Assembly: GCA_965655095.1 (NCBI GenBank)
Contig: OZ296652.1
Location: forward strand, 57,660,001 to 57,724,000
DNA: 64,000 nt
Direction of reading: 5' to 3'
From: Haplodiscus bocki
Taxonomy: Eukaryota
Part shown: in pieces, positions 1-12,000 of the stretch
How the letters are laid out: the number at the start of each line of letters is the position of its first letter
Numbering within the stretch: the first letter of the stretch is position 1
Made by a program: the position numbers and the translations under genes
The notes under the pieces: model-generated
What the model was told of the DNA's origin: nothing
Database searches by the model: none
What the model saw: only the letters and a program-made list of their open reading frames with translations

Positions 1-3000
1 ACTTGGCTGAAATGAAAAGAACTATGACAGCAAACCAAAACTGATTTCTATTAGAATTGAGTTCTCTGAATGGTGCTAAGTAGGAATCTAGCCACCTGCA
101 GACGTAGATTCCCGAAAAAAACACTGCCAATGGAGTAAAGGCATTACGAACTGGGCTGGAACTCTGGTCAGTTGTATCGCTCAAAAATACTTCGGCAAGT
201 TTTTGAACGGAAAAAGCATAGTGTGTGAAAGACTGATTTTTTTTTGTTAAACATTTGGAAAATTGACCCATGTTCGGGCTTAGATGTTAGGTGTTTGAAG
301 ATATAAGTTCAAACAAGCTGAGTTTTCAAATTTCTTGTTCGCAAAAAATGATTAAAGAATTTCCACTCAACCAGGAGTCGGTTTCCTGAACACTGCTGTT
401 TCCCTGGTCTTTTCGAGCCCTAACTGTGCCAATTGCAGACCTAGGTTCAGGACTTAAAAATCAATATTGACGAAACAATTCCAGGTAAACCAAGAAAGAC
501 CGCAACTCCAACTTTTTCCATTAAACATCATCTGGATGTCTTTTCACCGCGAATCTGTCTTTTTTGCCAACATATTGGAGTGTTACTGCCACGTCGATGT
601 AATGTTTCAATCACTTGAAAAAAAGGCTGCCAGGAGATTAATTACGATATAAAGAAGCGCCGTTCTCGAACGCAGTAAGAATCTGAATTCTCAAGCTCGT
701 TTCGCAAACGAAAGGCAAACCTTTTCACCGCAAGGGAATGTAATCCCTGATAGAATTAGCACTTTTCGATTCGCCTCTTCCAAAAAGAGACATTCGCAGA
801 CCTAGTTCCGAGGAGATGAACTGCAATTAACGAAGTATCTTCCAAACATCTCTACCGTCCACTATACTCAGCACAATTGTCATCGAAGTTTTTATGGCAG
901 CAACTAAACATTTTTATCCGGAAAAATAGCTTTTACTGCGATGCTTGTGCAAACTTGGGAGTTAGTCGCATACCAAGCTTCCAGGAGATAGGACTGCAAA
1001 TTAGCTAAAGATCATCATCAAAGCTTGAAAGAATGTGAGGTTTTAAGCTGTCTGCCAAAACAAGCCCTTAGTTAGTCCGCCCTCGACATTAAAGACTCCT
1101 ATGATGGAACAAGGTTTTACTAATACGCCTATGTAAATGTTTAGTCACTTGGAGCCCCAAACTCCTGGTAATACGAGCATATTTTACCGTAACGGCTTCA
1201 TCATAGCCAGGAAAGCTAAATTTCGAAGGTTTTTCTGCGTAACAACACAACGAAAACTGTAAAATGCAAGTGAAACTACTTCTCGGAAACAATGAGATCT
1301 CTTTGGTACGATTACTCAAAATTGAAGTCACTTGCAGAACTAGCGTCTGATAGACAACGTAATGGTTGGCTAAATCTCCGAACGAGCTATATACTCCACC
1401 CAACTTGGCTGAAATTAAAAGAACTATGACAGCAAACCAAAACTGATTTCTATTAGAATTGAGTTCTCTGAATGGTGCTAAGTAGGAATCTAGCCACCTG
1501 CAGACGTTGATTCCAGAAAAAAAGACTGTCAAAGGTCTAAAGGCATTACGAATTGGGCTGAAACTCTGGTCAGTTGTATCGCTCAAAAATACTTCGGCAA
1601 GTTTTTGAACGGAAAAAGCATAGTGTGTGAAAGACTGATTTATTTTGTTAAACCTTTGGAAAATTGACCCATGTTCGGGCTTAGGTGTTAGGTGTTTGAC
1701 GATAAAAATTCCAACAAGCTGAGTTTTCAAGTTTCTTTTTTGCAAAAAATGATCAAAACAATTCAACTCAACCAGAAGTTGGTTTGCTGAACACTGCTGT
1801 TCCCGTGTTCTTTTCGAGCCCTAACTGTGTCAATTGCAGACCTAGGTTCAGGATTTAAAAATCAATATTGACGAAACAATTCCAGGGAATCCAAGAAAGG
1901 CTGCAACTCCAACTTTTTCCATCAAACATCCTCTGGATGTGTTTTCACCGCAAATCTGTCTTTTTCGCCTACAATTGGAGTGTTATTGCTACGCCGATTT
2001 AATGTTTCAATCATTTGAAAAAAAGGGAGCCAGGAGATTAATTACGATATAAAGAATTGCCGTTCTAGAACGCAGTAAGAATCTGAATTCTCAAGCTCGT
2101 TTCGCAAACCAAATACAAGCCTTTTGACCGCAAAGAGAAAAAATCCCTGATACAATTGACACTTCTCCATTCGCTTTCTCCATAGAAGAGATATTTGCAG
2201 ACCTAGTTTCGAGGAGATAAACTGCAAATTAACGGAGTATCTTCCAAACATCTCTGCCTTCCACTGTACTCAGCACAATTGTCACCGAAGTTTTTATGGC
2301 CGCAACTGAACTTTTTATCCGGAGGAATAGCTTTTACTGCGATGCTTGGGCAAACTTGGGAGTCAGTCGCATACCATGATTCCTGGAGATAGGGCTGCAA
2401 ATTAGCTAAATATCATCATCAAAGCTTGAAAGAATGTGAGGTTTTGAGCTTTCTGCCAAAACCAGCCCTTAGTTAGTCCGCCCGCAACATCAAAGTTTTC
2501 TATGATGGAACGAAGTATTACTAATACGCCTATGTAAAATTTGTCACTTGGAGCCCCAAACTCCTGGTAATACGAGCATATTTTATCGTAACGGCTTCAT
2601 CAAAGCCAGGAAAGCTGAATTTCGAAGGTTTTTCTGCGTAACAACACAACGAAAATTGTAAAATGCAAGTGAAATTATTTCTCGGAAAAAATGAGGTCTC
2701 TTTGGTACGATTACTCAAAATTGAAGTCACCTGCAGAACTAGCGTCTGAGAGACAACGTAAAGGTTGGCTAAATCTCTGAACGAGTTATATACTCCACCC
2801 AGCTTGGCTGAAATGAAAAGAACTGTGACAGCAAACCAAAACTGATTTCTATTTGAAATGAGTTCTCTGAATGGTGCTAAGTAGGAATCTAGCCACCTGC
2901 AGACGTAGATTCCAGAATAAAAGACTGTCAACTGAATAAAGTCATTACGAACTGGGCTGAAATTTTGGACAGTTGTATCGCTCAAAAAGACTTCGGCAAT

Positions 3001-6000
3001 TTTTTGAACGGAAAAAGCATAGTGTGTGAAAGACTGACTTATTTTGTTAAACCTTCGGAAAATTGACCCATGTTCGGGTTAAGATGTTAGGTATTTGACG
3101 ACAAAAAATCAAACAAGCTGAGTTTTCAAGTTTCTTGTTTGCAAAAAATGATTAAAAAACTCAACTCATTCAGAAGTCGGTTTGCTTAACACTGCTGTTT
3201 CCCTGTTCTTTTCGAGCCCTAACTGTGTCAATTGAAGACCTAGGTTCAGGATTGAAAAATCAATTTTGAGGAAACAATTCCAGGACAACCAAGAAAGGCT
3301 GCAACTCCAACTTTTTCTATCAAACATCCTCTGGATGTGTTTTCAACGCGAATCTGTCTTTTTCGCCTACATATTGGAGTGTTATTGCTACGCCGATGTA
3401 ATGTTTCAATCATTTGAAAAAAGGCTGCCAGGAGATTAATTACGACAAAGAAATTCCGTTCTCGAAAGCAGTCAGAAACCTAATTCTCAAGCTCGTTTCG
3501 CAAACCAAATACAAACCTTTTGACCTTAAAGTAATATAATCCCTGATACCATTGACAATTCTCCTTTCGCTTACTCCATAGAAGAGATATTTGCAGACCT
3601 AGTTTCGAGGAGATAAACTGCAAAATAACGGAGTATCTTCCAAACATCTCTGCCTTCCACTATACTCAGCACAATTGTCATCGAAGTTTTTATGGCCGCA
3701 ACTAAACTTTTTATCCGGAAAAATAGCTTTTATTGCGATGCTTGTGCAAACTTGCGAGTCAGTCGCATACCATGATTCCAGGCGATAGGACTGGAAATTA
3801 GCTAAAAATCAACATCAAAGCTTGAATGAATGTGAGGTTTTAGACTGTCTGCCAAACTAAACCCTTAGTTAGTCCGCCCGCAACATTAAACATTTCTATG
3901 ATGGAAGGAGTTAAAACTAATACACCTATGTAAATGTTTAGTCACTTGGAGCCCCAAACTCCTGGTAATACGAGCATAATTTACCGTAACGGCTTCATCA
4001 AAGCCAGGAAAGCCGAATTTCGAAGGTTTTTCTGCGTAACAACACAACGAAAATTATAAAATGCAAGTGAAATTATTTCTCGAGAACAATGAGGTCTCTT
4101 TGGTACGATTACTCAAAATTGAAGTAACCTGCAGAACTAGCGTCTGAGAGACAACGTAATGGTTGGCTACATCTCCTCCGAACGAGCTATATACTCCACC
4201 CAACTTGGCTGAAATGAAAAGAACTATGAGAGCAAACCAAAACTGATTTCTAACAAAATTGAGTCCTATGAACGGGGCTCAATAGGAATCTAGCCACCTG
4301 CAGACGTAGATTCCAGAAAAACAAGACTGTCAACGGACTAAAGGCATTACGATCTGGGCTGAAATTCTGGACAGTTGTATCGCTCAAAAAGACTTCGGGA
4401 AGTTTTTGAACGGAAAAAGAATAGTGTGTGAAATACTGATTTATTTTGTTAAACCTTTGGAAAATTGACCCATGTTCGTGCTTAGGTGTTAGGTGTTTGA
4501 CGATATAAAGTCAAACAAGCTGAGTTTTCAAGTTTCCTGTTTGCAAAAAATGATTAAAGAAATTCAGCTCAACCAGGAGTTGGTTTGCTGAACACTGCTG
4601 TTTCCCTCTTCTTTTCGAGCCCTAACTGTGTCAATTGCAGACCTAGGTTCAGGATTGAAAAATCAATTTTGACGAAACAATTCCAGGACAACCAAGAAAG
4701 GCTGCAACTCCAACTTTTTCCATCAAACATCCTCTGGATGTGTTTTCAACGCGAATCTGTCTTTTTCGCCTACAAATTGGAGTGTTATTGCTACGCCGAT
4801 GTAATGTTTCAATCATTTGAAAAAAAGGCTACCAGGAGATTAATTACGACAAAGAAATTCCGTTCTCGAAAGCAGTCAGAAACCTAATTCTCAAGCTCGT
4901 TTCGCAAACCAAATACAAACCTTTTGACCGCAAAGTAATATAATCCCTGATACCATTGACAATTCTCCTTTCGCTTACTCCATAGAAGAGATATTTGCAG
5001 ACCTAGTTTCGAGGAGATAAACTGCAAATTAACGGAGTATCTTCCAAACATCTCTGCCTTCCACTATACTTAGCACAATTGTCATCGAAGTCTTTATGGC
5101 CGCAACTAAACTTTTTATCCGGAAAAATAGCTTTTACTGCGATTGTTGTGCAAACTTGTGAGTCAGTCGCATACCAAGCTTCCAGGCGATAGGACTGGAA
5201 ATTAGCTAAAAATCAACATCAAAGCTTGAAAGAATGTCAGGTTTTAAGCTTTCTGCCAAAAAAAGCCCTTAGTTAGTCCGCCCGCAACATTAAATGTTTC
5301 TATGATGGAACAAAGTAATACCAACACGCCTATGTAAATTTTTAGTCACTTGGAGCCCGAAACTCCTAGTAATACGAGCTTATTTTACCGTAACAGCTTC
5401 ATCAAAGCCAGGAAATCTGAATTTCGAAGGTTTTTCTGCGTAACAACACAACGAAAATTGTAAAATGCGAGTGAAATTAATTCTCGGAAACAATGAGGTC
5501 TCTTTGGTACGATTACACAAAATCGGATTCACCTGCAGAACTAGCGTCTGGGAGACAACGTAATGGTTGGCTACATCTCCTCCGAACGAGCTATATACTC
5601 CACCCAACTTGGCTGAAATGAAAAGAACTATGACAGCAAACCAAAACAGATTTCTAACAAATTTGAGTTTTATGAACGGGGCTCAGTAGGAATCTAGCCA
5701 CCTGCAGACGTAGATTCCAGAAAAAGAGACTGTCAACTGAATAAAGTCATTACGAACTGGGCTGAAATTTTGGACAGTTGTATCGCTCAAAAAGACTTCG
5801 GGAAGTCTTTGAACGGAAAAGGCATAGTGTGTGAAATACTGATTTATTTTATTAAACCTATGGAAAATTGACTCATGTTCGGGCTAAGGTTTTAGGTGTT
5901 TGACGATAAAAATTCAAACAACTTGAGTTTTCAAGTTTCTTTTTTGCAAAAAATGATCAAAACAATTCAACTCAACCAGAAGTCGACTTGCTGGACACTG

Positions 6001-6050
6001 CTGTTTCCTTGTTCTTTTCGAGCCCCAACTGTGTCAATTGCAGACCTAGG
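1..6050. repeat. Subfamily A domain: ~4.3 units, period 1399-1403 bp
   Basis: Anchor spacings are 1401, 1399, 1402 and 1403. Diagnostic strings such as gccaggagattaattacga, cccttagttagtccgccc and tatactccacccaacttggctg are absent from B-type units. Confidence 0.93.
435..1835. repeat. Example HOR unit (A type) made of 8 diverged ~175-bp monomers M1-M8
   Basis: The degenerate motif starts at 435 (gcagacctaggttcagga), 617 (gaaaaaaaggctgccaggagat), 796 (gcagacctagttccgaggagat), 968 (gcataccaagcttccaggagat), 1151 (ggagccccaaactcctggtaat), 1334 (gcagaactagcgtctga), 1500 (gcagacgttgattccagaa) and 1663 (attgacccatgttcggg, weakest). The next M1 is at 1836. Spacings are 163-183 bp. Confidence 0.85.
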
Positions 6051-9000
6051 TTCAGGATATAAGAGTCAATATTGACGAAACAAATGCAAAACCAAGAAAT
6101 GCTGCAACTTTTTCCGTCAAACATCCTATCGAACTGCTTCCACAGGGACTCAAAAATTTTTAGAGAGATTGGAGTGTCATTGCTTCGCTATGTGAAGTTT
6201 GTGCCAAATGCAGAAAGATTTCCATGAGATCAAGTACGAGTTAACGAAGTTTCTTGCTTAGTATCAAAAAACGCTGAATTTTAGGCTTTTTTTCGCAAAA
6301 AGGCTCATCAAAACCTCTGGCCGCATGGAAAAACTTTCTGAAGAATGGAGGTTCATCCTTATGTCTTATACAATGTAGGATCATTCACAGAGATAGCTGC
6401 CAGTTGATAGAAGACAAACTGACGACAATTGATCGTAACAACTTCTTCGTTGGAGCACTTTGAGGAACGATCGCTTCGCAAATTTTATGCCCGGAAATAA
6501 ACGATTTTATCCGCAAAAAAATAGCTTTCCCTGCGATGGTTGTGCAAACTTGGGAGTCCTTTGCATACCTAGCGTCCAGGATAAAAGACTGGAAAATACG
6601 ACACTCATCATCAAAGCCTGAAGAATCTAAGATTTGAGCCGTCTACGGAAATCGGTCCTTGGTTTGTTTGCCCGCAACAATAAAGGTTCTTCTGTTGAAA
6701 GGCCTTACCAGTACGCACATGTGAAATTTTAGTCGCTTGGAGACCAATTTCACAGGAAAAAAATCAGAATTTTCCGTAATGTCTGCATTGAAGCCAGAAA
6801 ATGCTGAGTTTTCGAAAGTATTCTGCAAAACGACTCTCAGAATGTTGTTAACAACAACTGGAACTGTTTCTCTCAAACAACGATCTCTATAGTATACCCA
6901 CTCAAAACTGAAGTCACTGGCTGAACTAGCGTCTAAGAGACAAAGTATAAATTGGCAAAATCTCCCCGAACGAATTCTATTTTCCAGGCTACATGGCTAA
7001 AATCGAAAAAACTATCAACGCAACTGGAAACCACATTCTGAAAAACTGGAATTCTTTCACCCTGGCTAAGCAAGAAGTTAGCCAATTTCCGAGGTAGTTC
7101 TCAGAAAAGTACGATTGTCACCGTAATAAACACACTACGATGTAGGCTGAAAAACTGAACTTTCATCGGTCAAAAAGAATTCCACAACCCTTTGAACGGA
7201 AAAAAACATAGTGTGTGACACTCTGATTCATCTTGTTAAACTCCTGGAAAAACTGATCCATATTCGAAGTTAGGGGTTGAGTGTATGAGTACATAAATTC
7301 AAACAAGCTGAGTTTTCAGGTTCCTCTCTCGCAAAAATTGATCAAAAAAAATCTAACTGAACCAAAAGTTAATTTACTGGAAACTTCTGTTTCCCTGTTC
7401 TTTTCGAGCCGTAAGTGTCAATTGCAGACATAGGTTCAGGATATAAAACGATACAAGTGCCAAACCAAGATATGCTGCAACTCCAACTTTTTCCGTCAAA
7501 CATCCTATCGAATTGCTTCCACAGCGACTCAAATACTTTTAGAGACAGATTGGAGTTTCATTGCTTCGCTATGTGAAGTTTGTGCCAATTGCAGAAAGAC
7601 TTCCACGAGATCAAGTACGGTTTAACGAAGTTTCTTGCTTAGTACCGAAAAAAACGCTGAATCTGAAGCTTTTTTTCGCAAAAAGACTCATCAAAACCTC
7701 TGGCCGCATGGAAAAACTTTCTGAAGAATGGAGGTTCATCTTTATGTCTTATACAATGTAGGATCATTCACAGAGATAGCTGCCAGTTGATAGAAGACAA
7801 ACTGACGACAATTGATCGTAACAACTTCTTCGTTGGAGCACTTTCAGGAACACTAGCTTCGCAAATTTTATGCCCGCAACTTGACAATTGTATCCACAAA
7901 AAATGGTTTTTCCAGCAATGCCTGTGCAAACTTGGGAGTCGTTTGCATACCTAGCGTCCAGGATAAAAGACTGAAAACACGACGATCGTCATAAACGCCT
8001 GAAAAATCTAAGATTTGAGCCTTCAGCGGAAATCGGTCCTTGGTTTGTTTGTCCGCAACAATAAAAGTTCTTCTGATGAAAGGCCTTACCAGTACGCCCA
8101 TGTGAATTTTTTGTCACTTGGAGACCCATTTCTCAGGAAAAAAATCAGAATTTTCCGAAACGTCTGCATTGAAGCCAGAAATCGCTGAGTTTTCGAAAGT
8201 ATTCACAAAACAACTCAGAATATTGTTAGCATCAACTCGAACTGTTCCTCTGAAACAACGACCTCTTTAGTATGCCTAGCGGCAGAACTAGGCACCTGCA
8301 GAACTAGCGTCTGAAAGCACTGTAAAAGTCGGCGAAGTCTCCATTCGACGAAATCTATCTTCCAAGCTACTTGGCTAAAATTAAAAGAACTAAGACAGAA
8401 AATCAAAAATATTCAATGTCTGGAAGATTTGGGTTTTTGACCATAGCTGAACAACAATCTAGCCAATTGCAGACATACTTTCCAGAAAAAAAGCAATTTC
8501 ATCCGACTATACACCTTGCGAAGTAGGTGGAAAAGTCTGAAAATTTTATCGCTCCAAAAGACCACCAGAACTTTTTCAACCGTAAAAATTATAGTTTTTG
8601 ACATACTGATTGAGTTTAAATTTTCGGGAAAATTTTCTATATTCGAATTTAGACATTAAGCGTATGACACCATAAATTCAAACAAGCTGAGTTTTCAGGC
8701 TCGTTCTTCGCAAAAGTTGTTTAATGAAACTGAAGGCAACGAAAAGACAGTTTGTTGAACACTACTGCTTCCCTGTTCTATCCGAGCATAACCTCTGTCA
8801 ATTCCAAACCTAGGTTCAGGATATAAAAGTCAAAATTGACGAAACAATTCCAGAAACGCCAAGATTTGCTGCATTTCAACTTTTCCCCTCAGACATCCTT
8901 TGGATATGTTTTAATCGCAAATCTGTCTTTTTTGCCAAGATATTGGAGTCTAATTTCTACGCCGATGTAATGTTTCAATGGCTTGAAAAATAGTTTGCCA

Positions 9001-12000
9001 GGAGATTAATTACCACATAGAGAATAGCGTTCTCGAACGCAGTAAGTATCTGAATTTTCAAGCTCGTTTCGCAAACCAAATCAATCCTTTTCACCGCAAA
9101 GAAATGTAATCCCTTATAGAATTGGCATTTCTCGATTCGCCTTTTCCAAAAAAAGAGATACTCGCAGACCTAGTTTTGAGGAGATAAACGGCAAATTAAC
9201 GAAGCATCTTCCAAACATCTCTGCCTTTAGTATACTCAGCACAACTGTCATCGAAGTTTTTATGGCCGCAATTAAATATTTTTATCCGGAAAAATAGCTT
9301 GTACTGCGATGCTTGTGCAAACTTGGGAGTCAGTCGCATACCAAGCTTCCAGGAGATAGGACTAGAATTTAGCTAAACATCATCATCAAAGCTTGGAAGA
9401 ATGTGAAGTTTTAGGCTTTCTGCCAAAATAAGCCCTTAGTTAGTCCGCCCGCAACATTAGCGACTTCTATGATGGAACGAGGTATTACTAATACGCCTAT
9501 GTAAATTTCTAGTCACTTAGAGCCCCAAACTCCTGGTAATACGAGCATATGTTACCAAAACGGCTTCATCAGAGCCAGGAAAGCTAAATTTCGAAGGTTT
9601 TTCTGCGTAACAACACAACGAAAATTGTAAATTGCAAGTGAAACTATTTCTCGGAAACAATGAGGTCTCTTTGGTAGGATTACTCAAAAACGAAGTCACC
9701 TGCAGAACTAGTGTCCGAAAGACAACGTAATGGTTGGCTAAATCTCCGAACGAGCTATATACTCCACCCAACTTGGCTGCAATGAAAAGAACTATGACAG
9801 CAAACCAAAACTGATTTCTAATAGAATTGAGTTCTCTGAACGGGGCTAAGTAGGAATCTTGCCACCTGCAGACGTAGATTCCAGAAAAAAAGACTCAACA
9901 GACTAGAGGCATTACCAACTGGGCTGAATTCTGGACATCGAAGCAACTCATAGAATATTGTTAACATCAGCAGGAACTGTTTCTCTGAAACCACGATTTC
10001 TTTAGTAAGCCTACTGAAAACTGGAGTCACTGGCTGAACTAGCGTCTAAGATACAAAGTATAAATTGGCGAAATCTCTCCCGAACGAATTCTCTTTTCCA
10101 GGCTCCATGGCTAAAATCGAAAGGTTTATGACCTCAACTCAAAACCACATTCTGACAATCTGGAATTCTTTCACCCTGGCTAAACAAGAATTTAGCCAAT
10201 TTCAGGGGTAGTTCTCAGAAAAGTACGATTGTCACCGTAATAAACACACTACGATGTAGGCTGAACAACTGAACTTTTTTAGCTCAAAAGGAATTCCACA
10301 ACTCTTTGAACGTCGAAAAATCATAGTGTGTGACACTCTGATTTATCTTGTTAAAATTCTGGAAAAACTGATCCATATTCGATGTTAGACGTTGAGTGTA
10401 TGAGTAAATAAGTTCAAACAAGCTGAGTTTTCAGGTTCCTCTCTCGCAAAAGTTGATCAATAAAATTGAACTGAACGAAAAGTTATTTTACTGGAAATTT
10501 CTGTTTCCCTGTTTCTTTCGCGCCTTAACTGTGTCAATTGCAGACCTACATTCAGGAGATAAAAGTCTATATTGACGAAACAATTGGAAAGCCAAGAAAT
10601 CCTGCAACTCCAACTTTCTCCGTCAAACATCCTATCGAACTGCTTCCACAGCGACCCAATTATTTTTTGAGACAGATTGGAGTGTCATTGCTTCGATATG
10701 TGACGTTTTGGCCAATTGCAGAAAGACTTCCACGAGATCAAGTACGATTTAACGAAGTTTCTTGCTTGGTATCAAAAAAACGCTGAATCTTAAGATTTTT
10801 TTTCGCGAAAAAGACTCATCACAACCTCTGGCCGCATGGTAAAACTTTCCCAAGAATGGAGCTTAATCTCTATGTCTTATCCAATGTAGGATCATTCACA
10901 GAGATAGCTGCCAGTTGATAGAAGACAAACTGACGAAAATTGATCGTAACAACTTCTTCGTTGGAGCACTTTGAGGAACACTAGCTTCGCAAATTTTATG
11001 CCCGCAACTTGACAATTCTATCCGCAAAACATATTTCCAGCGATGCCTGTGGAAACTTGGGAGTCCTTTGCATATCTAGCCTCCAGGATAAAAGACTGGA
11101 AAATAGGACACTCATCATCAAAGCCTGAAAAATCTAAGATTTGAGCCGTCTACGGAAATCGGTCCATGGTTTGTTTGCCCGCAACAATAAAGGTTCTTCT
11201 GTTGAAAGGCCTTAGCAGTACGCACATACGAAATTTTAGACGCTCGGAGACCAGTTTCACAGGGAAAAAGTCAGAATTTTCCGAAACGTCTGCATTGAAG
11301 CCAGAAATTGCTGAGTTTTCGAAAGTATTCACAAAACAACTCAGAATATTGTTAGCATCAACTCGAACTGTTCCTCTGAAACAACGACCTCTTTAGTATG
11401 CCTAGCGGCAGAACTAGGCACCTGCAGAACTAGCGTCTGAAAGCACTGTAAAAGTCGGCGAAGTCTCCATTCGACGAAATCTTTCTTCCAAGCTACTTGG
11501 CTAAAATTAAAAGAACTAAGACAGAAAATCAAAAATATTCAATGTCTGGAAGATTTGGGTTTTTGACCATAGCTGAACAACAATCTAGCCAATTGCAGAC
11601 ATACTTTCCAGTAAAAAAGCAATTTCATCCGACTATACACCTTGCGAAGTAGGTGGAAAAGTCTGAAAATTTTATCGCTCCAAAAGACCACCAGAACTTT
11701 TTCAACCGTAAAAATTATAGTTTTTGACATACTGATTGAGTTTAAATTTTCGGGAAAATTTTCTATATTCGAATTTAGACGTTAAGCGTATGACACCATA
11801 AATTCAAACAAGCTGAGTTTTCAGGCTCGTTCTTCGCAAAAGTTGTTCAATGAAACTGAAGGCAGCGAAAAGACAGTTTGTTGAACACTACTGCTTCCCT
11901 GTTCTATCCGAGCATAACCTTTGTCAATTCCAAACCTAGGTTCAGGATATAAAAGTCAAAATTGACGAAACAATTCCAGAAACGCCGAGATTTGCTGCAT

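Noticed and set aside
1089-1766. Longest ORF (225 aa, minus strand) as a membrane-protein gene or pseudogene
   Set aside because: It is open at this length in only one A copy and truncated in the others. Its hydrophobicity is expected from a T-rich strand. A spot check of A-vs-B substitutions in M4 showed no convincing third-position bias, and the internal ~173-bp monomer structure argues against a coding origin.
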